Shown here: in pieces, positions 39,177 through 47,832 of the stretch | Position numbering within the stretch: the stretch's first letter is position 1 | How the letters are laid out: each line of letters begins with the position of its first letter | Virus record (IMG/VR): IMGVR_UViG_3300024239_000011 | Coordinates: 186,001 to 250,000 of that record | DNA: 64,000 bases | Reading direction: 5' to 3' (one strand) | Notes under the pieces: generated by a model | The model's database searches: none | Seen by the model: the letters and a program-made list of their open reading frames with translations, nothing else | Told to the model about the DNA's origin: nothing | Program-made: the position numbers and the translations under genes

Positions 39177-39449
39177 TCATTTTCCGTCCGGTGGCGTGTC
39201 GTACACGATCAGGATTGTTTCAGCCAGATTGGTCAACGCCTTAAGCGTACTGGTTTCAAACGCGGTGCCTTGGTGAGTCAATGCCAGCGTTGCAACCATT
39301 TTTAGCACACCGATCACTTCCGGGGAATAATTGAACGGCGGTTTGGCGTAATGGTTGGCATTACCAATCAGTTGCTCGATCAGCGGAATGACCTCTGCGT
39401 TGGGTTGCTCCAACGCAGACAGAAAATCAAAACATGAATCAGACAGCAT
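39177..39449 (-). CDS. Hypothetical protein
   Basis: 90-aa ORF ending at the hairpin 39151-39178. Confidence 0.45.
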   Translation of the reverse strand: MLSDSCFDFLSALEQPNAEVIPLIEQLIGNANHYAKPPFNYSPEVIGVLKMVATLALTHQGTAFETSTLKALTNLAETILIVYDTPPDGK

Positions 39450-39484
39450 GTGTCGTTCCTATTCGACGGTAGGCATGATAGCCA

Positions 39485-40027
39485 TCAGGCAGCTTCCTTT
39501 AACAGCAGAGCATACACCTTGGCAATCTCTTCCTCAGTATGGGCAACGCCGCCCGCATTAAGATCGATGTACCACTGAAGCACTTCCTTGCGGGTCTTCA
39601 GATTGTTGATATGGACGGTGAAGGCGCAATCGTGCGGCAGCTTGTCCGCATACTCGCCATACAGCCGACCGAACGCCGGGATTTCGTTCGCCAGGAACCG
39701 GCGAACTGCCTGAAGGCGCTGTTTACCATCAACCAGCACCAATTCGCCCCGGAAATCGTCGTTCCAGCGGGGATGATTGAAGTACAGGTCGCGGCTGGAC
39801 TGCCCGCCGCGCAGGATAAATTCAACATAGCGAATCTGCTGCTTCTCGTTCCACACATGGGCGCGTTGGAAATCAGGGTCGAGGACGAGAACCTGCTGAC
39901 AACCCGGATCGTCCTGATCCGCCAGCCACCCTTCCAGATAGCGCCACGACTGCTCGCACTTGTACGCGGCAGACCGGGTGAACTGCGGGATGTCACGGAA
40001 CCTGTTGAACGGACCCAAGGCAGTCAT
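39485..40027 (-). CDS. DUF262 (GmrS/ParB-like) protein
   Basis: PDFQR.HVW...Q...YVE, VDGKQRL, LN.GG. Confidence 0.85.
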   Translation of the reverse strand: MTALGPFNRFRDIPQFTRSAAYKCEQSWRYLEGWLADQDDPGCQQVLVLDPDFQRAHVWNEKQQIRYVEFILRGGQSSRDLYFNHPRWNDDFRGELVLVDGKQRLQAVRRFLANEIPAFGRLYGEYADKLPHDCAFTVHINNLKTRKEVLQWYIDLNAGGVAHTEEEIAKVYALLLKEAA

Positions 40028-40109
40028 GGTGATCTCTCCATCGAAGAAAGATAAATTAACAGACCTTGGCCGTTATGTCAAGATGGTAGGTTCATTTTGT
40101 GAGGTGGCT

Positions 40110-40580
40110 ATGAATATTCAAATCCCGACTTTCCTCGATTTCGAAGCATCTTCGCTCCATACGGGGTCATATCCAATTCAAGTAGCATGGAATATAGGGG
40201 AGGAATATACTGAATACCTTATCCGTCCACACAAATCATGGACCGATTGGGACTACAACGCCCAGAACATCCATGGGATCGCACAAAATGACCTTCTCAC
40301 CTACGGAAAAGATGCGAAGTCGATTGCCCTGGTCATGAACGAAGCACTTCGGGAACAATTAGTGTTGTCCGACAACCCAGCTTACGAGAAATACTGGCGC
40401 GACCGCCTCTTCGCACAATACGACATTCACCCAGAATTCGAGTTCGCGGATATCCGCTTTAACCTCCCGGTAGAGATTGTTAGTCGCCCGCATTTGATTG
40501 CTCAGCTTGAGAACTGGCGAAAACAAGCCCGAATCAAAGCAGGACCAGCCCACCAAGCGAAAAACGATGTTGCATGCTGA
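40110..40580 (+). CDS. DEDDh-type exonuclease
   Basis: FLDFEASS....YPIQVAW, IHGI, H.A..D; possibly truncated by TGA at 40578. Confidence 0.75.
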   Translation: MNIQIPTFLDFEASSLHTGSYPIQVAWNIGEEYTEYLIRPHKSWTDWDYNAQNIHGIAQNDLLTYGKDAKSIALVMNEALREQLVLSDNPAYEKYWRDRLFAQYDIHPEFEFADIRFNLPVEIVSRPHLIAQLENWRKQARIKAGPAHQAKNDVAC

Positions 40581-40629
40581 GTTGAGACATGGAAAATTAT
40601 GGCAGATGAGATAAAGGCACTCGGAAGCC

Positions 40630-40878
40630 ATGAAAACGAAGCAAATTGAGCAAGGCAAAACCTACGAGGTCAAATCTGGCAAGGAAGCGCGTCGCGTTAT
40701 TCAGATCGGAAAAGATTTGTCACGTCCTCGCTGGAATAGTAAACCCAAGGCAGAGCCGAAACCGGGTGCGACTCCCATCGTTCGTTTCGAAATCATTCGT
40801 GGACCCCATGCCGGGTGCATTGATTCGTTATATCTTTTCCAGTTCGCCTGTTGGGCGCACAAAGAGGTTGCAGTATGA
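40630..40878 (+). CDS. Hypothetical protein
   Basis: 82-aa ORF in run. Confidence 0.5.
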   Translation: MKTKQIEQGKTYEVKSGKEARRVIQIGKDLSRPRWNSKPKAEPKPGATPIVRFEIIRGPHAGCIDSLYLFQFACWAHKEVAV

Positions 40879-41171
40879 AACGCTTTATCTTTCCGCTCGT
40901 CGCCGTTCTGGTATTGACCGCCTGTGGTCTTGACGATGAACAAAAGAAACGTTGTGAAGGACGGTGGCAGGTTTTGTCGTATTACGAGGTGAATAATTCA
41001 CAATCCACCAGATTGGATAGTGAAACACTTTGCGTTCTCTCAGTTGCCGATATGCGCCCGCCTTGTGAAGGCAACCTCAAAACCATTGAATACATTTCCC
41101 GTAGTGGGTCATATTCTACCAGAAATGTATGTATTATGGCAGCAAGCCCAAGCGGAAATTTGAACCAGTAG
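40875..41171 (+). CDS. Putative lipoprotein
   Basis: MKRFIFPLVAVLVLTAC signal peptide with lipobox. Confidence 0.7.
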   Translation: MKRFIFPLVAVLVLTACGLDDEQKKRCEGRWQVLSYYEVNNSQSTRLDSETLCVLSVADMRPPCEGNLKTIEYISRSGSYSTRNVCIMAASPSGNLNQ

Positions 41172-41183
41172 GAAACTCACAAT

Positions 41184-42161
41184 ATGAAACTGAACACCCG
41201 CATCGCGCCGTCTCCGACTGGTTTCATGCACATCGGGACTGCCCGCACTGCTTACTTTAATTTTTTGGCTGCTAAAGCCAGCGGCGGCACTTTCTATCTG
41301 CGCATTGACGATACCGATACTGACCGTGAGGTTGAAGGTGCAGTGGACGTGATCCTGAACAGCTTGTCATGGTTGGGGTTGGATTACGATTCAGAGGTAA
41401 TCTACCAGTCGCAGCGGAAAGATGTTTATCGTCAATGGGCGCGATGGTTGATTTCTATCGGCGCTGCCAAGGAACTCGACAATGGCGCGATTGCCCTGGT
41501 ATGGCAGGATTACATGCCGCGCGTGTGGCATGACGACATCGCGGGCGAAATGGCAATTTCCGACAAGGAAGCCGAACAAATCGACGGGCTGATCCTGATG
41601 AAGGGTGGCGACAAGCTTGGTCAGCCGATCTACCACTTCGCATCCGTGGTCGATGACTGGAACCGAATCAACTGCATCATTCGCGGCACCGATCACATCT
41701 CGAACACTGGCAAGCAGCTTGCCATCTGGGCAGCTATGAACCGGTTCTGTGAGATTCAGAACGAGCGAAAGACGGAACTTGACCCGGTTCATGGTCACTT
41801 CCAAACGCCGCCCGAGTTCCCGCGCATTGCCCATGTGGGTTTGATCCACAAGAACAAGAAGAAAATGTCGAAACGGGACGCGGTGACCGACCCGACGATC
41901 TTCATGGCGTACTATCAGGAAAACAACTATGAACCGGAAGCAGTTCTGAATTTTCTATTGCGTATGGGATGGGGTCCGACTGTGGATGACAAATCCACTA
42001 CTACTCTCCCACGTGAACGTGCAGTGGAACTGTTCCTCGAAGGCGGTAAGATGCGGTCGGCACCCGCAAACTTCGATATGGCGAAATTGGAATCGTTTAA
42101 TCGCAAGTATAAAGGTATGCGCGAGAATGCCCTGAAAGCGACAGTCAATGCAGTGGCTTAA
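41184..42161 (+). CDS. GluRS/Glu-Q-RS-like class I aaRS catalytic domain
   Basis: TRIAPSPTG.MHIG.ARTA, LRIDDTD, Y.FASVVDD, IRG.DH, KMSKR, LLRMGW; no anticodon-binding domain. Confidence 0.88.
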   Translation: MKLNTRIAPSPTGFMHIGTARTAYFNFLAAKASGGTFYLRIDDTDTDREVEGAVDVILNSLSWLGLDYDSEVIYQSQRKDVYRQWARWLISIGAAKELDNGAIALVWQDYMPRVWHDDIAGEMAISDKEAEQIDGLILMKGGDKLGQPIYHFASVVDDWNRINCIIRGTDHISNTGKQLAIWAAMNRFCEIQNERKTELDPVHGHFQTPPEFPRIAHVGLIHKNKKKMSKRDAVTDPTIFMAYYQENNYEPEAVLNFLLRMGWGPTVDDKSTTTLPRERAVELFLEGGKMRSAPANFDMAKLESFNRKYKGMRENALKATVNAVA

Positions 42162-42307
42162 ACGTCTGTTCATCCACTCAAAAGTCCGTGACCAAGAACT
42201 GATGGACCTTATTGATCAAGCTAAAAAGGAACCGATCTGTCCCCCGAGAAAAAAGCTGAAATCAAAGCTAGGACCGAGAAAGTGTTCGAAATAGTGAAGG
42301 GCGCCAC

Positions 42308-43051
42308 TTAGGCGCCCTTCTTCTTTCCGGTGGAGGCGGATACCGCCAACTGATCTGCCCGCTCATTGTACATCAGCGTGGCATGTCCGGGCACATGCTG
42401 GTACGTGACCATTCCAAGCCGTCGATGCTGCTTCTTCAGAATTTCGAGCAGTATCCCATGAACGCCCCATGCCCGACTCTTGGTCATACATTCGACCACC
42501 ATGAGAGAATCGGTCAGCACGGTGACATCTGAATCATCGGGTACTGCGTTGAGCGCGTACACCACCGCCATGATTTCGGGAGCATAGCTATCCGCAATCC
42601 AGGGAATTTCAACCGGATAGCTGCCTTCGCAATACTGTTCACCATCCCCGCCGACAATCACCCACCCAGCACCCATGCGCTTGGTCTTCGGGCGAAACGA
42701 CCCATCGGTGTAGACATCAAACAGCCATACGGACGGCTTCGCTGGGCGTCGGGTCTGTGGTTTGACCCCTTGCCCAACAACTGCCATGAGGTGCTGCTGT
42801 TCATAGAAAGTCAACGACCGAAAATGATATGCGAGGGGACCATTTCGGAGAACATCTAACCCGGCATCAAAGTCGTAAATGTCCCCACGGGCGGCCAACG
42901 CCTTGAGGTCCGGGAACTCCGAGATCAAGCCACAAACCTTCCAGAAAGTGTCTCGCCCGGATGGGTACTGCCCCACACTCGCTTCAAGGCGGAATGCGGC
43001 TTCTTTTGCGCGCTCATTAATCCGCCAACAGATATCATCAATAAAACTCAT
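42308..43051 (-). CDS. Ribonuclease HI with N-terminal extension
   Basis: VYTDGS, GAGWV, E..A...AL, LTDS, HVPGH....NERAD.LA. Confidence 0.9.
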   Translation of the reverse strand: MSFIDDICWRINERAKEAAFRLEASVGQYPSGRDTFWKVCGLISEFPDLKALAARGDIYDFDAGLDVLRNGPLAYHFRSLTFYEQQHLMAVVGQGVKPQTRRPAKPSVWLFDVYTDGSFRPKTKRMGAGWVIVGGDGEQYCEGSYPVEIPWIADSYAPEIMAVVYALNAVPDDSDVTVLTDSLMVVECMTKSRAWGVHGILLEILKKQHRRLGMVTYQHVPGHATLMYNERADQLAVSASTGKKKGA

Positions 43052-43099
43052 CCGACGACCTTTCTAAATACCTCTACCATAACAACGTGGAGGTGTGCC

Positions 43100-43666
43100 A
43101 TGGCAAGATTCGAAGATGCTATTGGGGTAATTTTAGAACATGAGGGCGGTCTAGTCGATCATAAATCTGATCCGGGCGGCGTCACCAACTGGGGTGTTAG
43201 TTTGCGTTTTGCCTTGAGTACATTGAAGCAGGACAAAGACAAGGATGGTTGGCTTGATGGCGACATCGATCACGACGGCGACGTAGATGCGGATGACATC
43301 CGCAAGATGAAACGCGAAGATGCCGTGAAAATCTATCGCCTCCATTTCTGGAAGGACATCTATGGGGATATCGTCTCCCAAAGCATCGCCACCAAACTCT
43401 TTGATATGGCGGTGAACATGGGCGCCGGGCAAGCCCATAAAATCCTTCAGCGCGCGGTCAACAAATGCGGCGATACCATCGACGTGGATGGTGGGTTTGG
43501 ACCAAATACTCTTTCCCATCTGAATGTACAAATCAACAAGCGCAGCGAACGGTACTTCCTGTCCGTGTTGCGCCAAGAAGCATGGGAATTCTACCAAAAC
43601 CTCATTAAGCAAAAACCCGAACTTGCTGCATTTGAAAAAGGTTGGAAGAACAGGGCGTTCTCATAA
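43100..43666 (+). CDS. GH108-family endolysin
   Basis: HEGG..DH..DPGG.TNWGVS, Y...FW, FDMAVN.G, DG.FGP.T, F.KGW.NR; CTAAATA promoter at 43064. Confidence 0.92.
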   Translation: MARFEDAIGVILEHEGGLVDHKSDPGGVTNWGVSLRFALSTLKQDKDKDGWLDGDIDHDGDVDADDIRKMKREDAVKIYRLHFWKDIYGDIVSQSIATKLFDMAVNMGAGQAHKILQRAVNKCGDTIDVDGGFGPNTLSHLNVQINKRSERYFLSVLRQEAWEFYQNLIKQKPELAAFEKGWKNRAFS

Positions 43667-43677
43667 GGAAAATACCA

Positions 43678-44208
43678 ATGCGAGTATTCGAAATAACCGA
43701 AGAAGTATTAGATAGAAACATTCATAATAAAAACAAATTTTTCTATCGCCCGGCAAACGGAGAAATCTTATATGCACCTCGTTGTGACGAGTTTGATCTC
43801 GAACATTCGCATCGAATAATTCAATCACCTGAACTATTTGGTATGACTGCACATGAGATTGGGGAAATTCCAGTCGAGAAACGACAGAATGGTTATCCAT
43901 TGTTAGGCATGGATGATATGGCCAAACTAATCGAAAAAGCACTAGCGCAAGGCTGGGTTCGTGTATGTCTGAATGTAAATGGTAATATTTTCATACACGC
44001 CAAAAACGCCAAACTCGTCCGTCAAACTCTACGGTACCTACGCGATGTGCATAATATATATTCCGCAACCATAGATATCGGACCTGTGGCGGCTCATCCC
44101 GTAATCTCCCTAACACTTGATACTGATGAAGGAATAAGCCGTTTCATCAAACATGGCACTACTGACGATAGTTGGGAAAATGAACAATTGGCGCTAGTCC
44201 GAAGCTGA
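43678..44208 (+). CDS. Hypothetical protein
   Basis: Starts MRVFEITEE. Confidence 0.55.
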   Translation: MRVFEITEEVLDRNIHNKNKFFYRPANGEILYAPRCDEFDLEHSHRIIQSPELFGMTAHEIGEIPVEKRQNGYPLLGMDDMAKLIEKALAQGWVRVCLNVNGNIFIHAKNAKLVRQTLRYLRDVHNIYSATIDIGPVAAHPVISLTLDTDEGISRFIKHGTTDDSWENEQLALVRS

Positions 44209-44249
44209 AAAAATTTGCTGATAATACCATATACGGATATGGTTCTTCC

Positions 44250-44798
44250 ATGGAAGACGATCTCGTAAAACACAGCAAATTCATGAGCCTCATCTTGCGG
44301 CATAAACCCGAGAAAGTAGGTCTTACCCTCGGGGATGGCGGTTGGGTCAATACGTTTGACCTCATCAAGGCGATGAATGACCACAATTACCCGATCACTC
44401 TCGACACCCTCATTACAGTCGTTGAAGACAACGACAAGAAGCGTTTCTCCTTCAACCATGACAGGTCGATGATACGGGCTGCCCAAGGGCATTCGGTTGA
44501 TGTGAAGCTGGACTATCGCCCGAAACGCCCGCCTGATCGACTGCATCACGGTACCGTCTACGCCTTCCTGAAGTCGATCAAGCAGACCGGCTTGGACAAG
44601 GGCAAGCGCCATGCAGTGCATCTGAGCGAGGATTATGCGACGGCGGTCAAGGTTGGATCGCGCCGTGGTGATCCGGTCATCCTGATCATCAAAGCCAAGG
44701 AAATGCACGAGGACGGCTATTCGTTCTTCCAGAGCGACAATGGCGTTTGGCTGACCGACTTCGTGTTACCGAAGTACATCATCTTCCCCAATGACTGA
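44250..44798 (+). CDS. kptA: NAD+-dependent RNA 2'-phosphotransferase (Tpt1/KptA)
   Basis: SK.MS.ILRH.P, K.RF, IRA.QGHS, HGT, R..VHLS, S.NGVWL. Confidence 0.95.
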   Translation: MEDDLVKHSKFMSLILRHKPEKVGLTLGDGGWVNTFDLIKAMNDHNYPITLDTLITVVEDNDKKRFSFNHDRSMIRAAQGHSVDVKLDYRPKRPPDRLHHGTVYAFLKSIKQTGLDKGKRHAVHLSEDYATAVKVGSRRGDPVILIIKAKEMHEDGYSFFQSDNGVWLTDFVLPKYIIFPND

Positions 44799-45198
44799 GG
44801 TATTTTACGCATCGACTGACTATGGTGGGTCTAGACAGTACCTACACCCAGATGATGGTAACCCTCTCATTGGTGACGTATATCGGGATCAGTCTGAGAT
44901 TGGGTGGGAAGGACTTTTGAAATACGCCACAAGCTATATAGGCGATTTCTTCAAGATTTTCCCGTTTGATGTTGAACAAACAGTATTCGGTGAACGAAAG
45001 ATCGTTATTGGCAAATTAATCATCGAGAAAGGTCATAGAATTTGTCCAATTAGATATGATTTCTACATACGGACATCAAACAACGTTCTTGTATATGCAT
45101 TAGAAATGTGGTTGAAGGGCAAACCCATCATTCATACTTTCATAAATCGAGAAATCCATGACAGAATCTATCAGGATGCATGTCATGAAGGGCTATAG
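44791..45198 (+). CDS. Hypothetical protein
   Basis: Overlaps the kptA stop. Confidence 0.5.
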   Translation: MTEVFYASTDYGGSRQYLHPDDGNPLIGDVYRDQSEIGWEGLLKYATSYIGDFFKIFPFDVEQTVFGERKIVIGKLIIEKGHRICPIRYDFYIRTSNNVLVYALEMWLKGKPIIHTFINREIHDRIYQDACHEGL

Positions 45199-45231
45199 CA
45201 AGAATGGGTAGACCTTGTAATCAATCCCTGA

Positions 45232-45474
45232 TTACAGACCCATTCCCATGCCCATACCACCATCATCACCACCATCAGGCTCACCATAAATTAATTCAAG
45301 CATGTCGTTGCGCTGGAGCATTTCCAGACGACGTGTTGCGCGAATTTTTTTGAGTTTATTGAGGTCGCGCAAAGTCAGGCGGCTCTTGCGGGTATCAGAC
45401 TTTTTGAACTGATTGAGTTTATCATCATCCGGATCATAGTAGCCGTAATTCGCGTTAATTTCGCTTGCCTTCAT
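45232..45474 (-). CDS. Small late protein (head-module associated)
   Basis: DTRKSRLTLR.LNKL motif; GAGG RBS; CTAAATA promoter at ~45501-45507. Confidence 0.65.
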   Translation of the reverse strand: MKASEINANYGYYDPDDDKLNQFKKSDTRKSRLTLRDLNKLKKIRATRRLEMLQRNDMLELIYGEPDGGDDGGMGMGMGL

Positions 45475-45578
45475 CTAGTCCCTCACTTGATGGTACTAGC
45501 TATTTAGCACGAACTCTGTGCGGCGACTTGACAGCCCCAAATTGTAAAGGTATGCTGGGTCATCTTACGAGGTGACCC

Positions 45579-46118
45579 ATGGACAAGAATGCCGCCATTG
45601 CCTTGATGCAAGCTGCTGGTATCGCCGCTTCCGACGAGTTCGGTGCGGACATCGACTTCAAGAGCGATGCGGCGCGGCTGGTTCTGGACGACATTCTGAC
45701 CACCCTGATCAACCGGGGTGTCGCCAAGGTTACCAATGCCAAGCCGGGCGCTCCGGTGGCGCTGGACAACCGCAACGAAAAAACCCGCTATGAGGTCAAG
45801 ATCGAATTCAGCGTTGATCATTACAGCGCGGGCATGCACGAGTTCGTTGGTACGATGGATGAATTGAAAGTATCCATCAAGAAAGCTGCCGACAAATTCT
45901 ACCGCGAGGTCGAGGATAACTTCGACAAGTACGGCGATCACCGTTGCTATTGCCCGATGTTGGGTAACGGCTATCCCTGCCGGTCGCCCGATATGGGCGA
46001 CGTGGTGTCGTTCACCGTCATCGATGTCTTTGCCTTGATTGGCGGGCGTAAAGAAGAAGTCAAATACCACAGCGATGTTTACCAGAAATTCCGGCGAATT
46101 GCCCAGGACGAAGAGTAA
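45579..46118 (+). CDS. Hypothetical early protein
   Basis: TTGACA-17-TATGCT promoter at 45528-45556; GAGGTG RBS. Confidence 0.65.
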   Translation: MDKNAAIALMQAAGIAASDEFGADIDFKSDAARLVLDDILTTLINRGVAKVTNAKPGAPVALDNRNEKTRYEVKIEFSVDHYSAGMHEFVGTMDELKVSIKKAADKFYREVEDNFDKYGDHRCYCPMLGNGYPCRSPDMGDVVSFTVIDVFALIGGRKEEVKYHSDVYQKFRRIAQDEE

Positions 46119-46194
46119 CGTTTTCTTCGCGGCATCTTGACAGCCTCAGATAGTAAGTGTATTGTGGTCCCGTTCAGAGAGAAGGAACGGGACC

Positions 46195-46812
46195 ATGAAG
46201 ACCCTTGGCGCTACCGTCTACGAATTCGGTCTGGTAAACAGCACCCCGGTGATCCGGGAACTGATCGTTGTTTCGGTGGACATGAACGGTGGGTACCGGA
46301 CCACTCCGGACACGACCAAGGGTTTCACCATCACCGACACCCGCGACAACGCTGAAGCTGGTCTGCGTGACGTGATCGCGGTTCGTCTGGCTGCTCTGCG
46401 CTCCGAGATTGAGGCGCTGGAAGCGGTCGAGGTGCCCCAGGTGGACACCGCCCGTGACAAAATCACCGACATGGACTTCAAGGGCGTCCGCAACTTCTAC
46501 AAGGCGGCTCCCAAGGTCGTCAGCCCGTTTGCTGTGGGTACCGAAGTGTACCGTGTTTGTATGGGCATGATGGGCGGCACCGTGGTTGAGAAAACCGTGG
46601 TTTCACGCCTCTTCCTCAGTTCAAATCAGGGCAAGCTTACCGTTCTGGTGGGTACCGGGACCGACACCTCGAACTATTCCCTCGCTCGGTATGACGGGGA
46701 AGGTAAGATGGCGAACAACGCCACAGTGTACCATTTGACCAAGGATGTGGCGGAAGCCAATCTGCTCAAGGTAATGTTGGACAAGGCTGCCGAGGAAGTG
46801 TTTACCCGATAA
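46195..46812 (+). CDS. Hypothetical early protein
   Basis: TTGACA-17-TATTGT promoter at 46137-46165. Confidence 0.6.
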   Translation: MKTLGATVYEFGLVNSTPVIRELIVVSVDMNGGYRTTPDTTKGFTITDTRDNAEAGLRDVIAVRLAALRSEIEALEAVEVPQVDTARDKITDMDFKGVRNFYKAAPKVVSPFAVGTEVYRVCMGMMGGTVVEKTVVSRLFLSSNQGKLTVLVGTGTDTSNYSLARYDGEGKMANNATVYHLTKDVAEANLLKVMLDKAAEEVFTR

Positions 46813-47350
46813 ATACGGGCAATAAAAAACCAGCCCTCAGGCTGGCGATAGATATTCCTCTACTAGATGGGCAAGGAAATCGAGTGCCCCTTGCGGCGTG
46901 GTCAACATTGTTACCGGGAGTGGTTGATTTAGCGACAAATGGACAATATTGGATGAAAAGTACCGTATAAGTCCAAAACCCTCGTATCGACCACTTCCGG
47001 GTTCTCTTGGTCCCCACCGCCCTCTCTTTCGTAGCTTCCGTGGGGGTTCGTGAGTCTGCCCTAACAGACTATCACAGGCGGCATAAAAAACTTCCTTTTC
47101 CATGAGCCTATTTATAGCAAAGAAAAAAGGGGAGGTCAACAACCTCCCCTTTCTTACCATCCGCGTGCAATATCGCGCGTGATTTCTAAGTAATCTGGCT
47201 CGTCAACCACCACAATATCAGGTTCGGTTCCCCGTTCCATAATTATAGGGGAATTTTCATGATTGGGTTCCCATACCCATTCCTGCCCATCCCAGACAAG
47301 TTTCCCACCTTTGACACCAAACACGGGCGGAACGACAACTACCAGAACCA

Positions 47351-47818
47351 TCACACCCCGCCAACAATGTCCCGCACGGCTGCCAAATAATCAATCTTAG
47401 TAGGCTTTTCCTCTTGAATATCCGGGAGTTTGACGGTCAAACCCAACCCAGACTTTACCATGGTGAAATATTTCACTTCACCAAAGTTGATCAAATCCCC
47501 ACCAGGGAGCGTATCTACAAGCGACCCACGCGGCTCGATATTTACACGAGCATTATTGACATTGGGTATGTACCCACTGCCTCCACCAGTGCCCGAAACG
47601 GTGATGGATGTTTTATCAACCACCTGAGAATATCCACACCCACCAATGTTGTTTTGGCTGGACGATAACATGGTCATCTTACGAAGATCATCAATCGTGA
47701 ACAAAGACATTTCAGCAAGCTTCATGTTCTTAATTTGTTCCTTATAGAGACGATCACTTTCTTGTTTCTCTGCTTCCGACCAACCGTAACTGATCTCATA
47801 CTTGTCAACTATATCCAT
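47351..47818 (-). CDS. Hypothetical protein
   Basis: Ends DYLAAVRDIVGG, like the next ORF (47154..47354, DYLEITRDIARG). Confidence 0.55.
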   Translation of the reverse strand: MDIVDKYEISYGWSEAEKQESDRLYKEQIKNMKLAEMSLFTIDDLRKMTMLSSSQNNIGGCGYSQVVDKTSITVSGTGGGSGYIPNVNNARVNIEPRGSLVDTLPGGDLINFGEVKYFTMVKSGLGLTVKLPDIQEEKPTKIDYLAAVRDIVGGV

Positions 47819-47832
47819 ATTCCACCTTCTTA

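Noticed and set aside
40560-40650. Stop-codon reassignment, suggested by an in-frame TGA in the exonuclease's last helix (DVAC*VETW) and a TAA inside a small ORF at ~26243
   Set aside because: MCP, nadE and pncB end at TGA and many genes end at TAA at expected lengths; isolated mutations or read errors are more likely.
42148-42310. Small ORF that reads better with a -1 shift at GCT AAA AAG
   Set aside because: No homology support; may be a homopolymer indel. It also cautions against over-reading the coaD shift.
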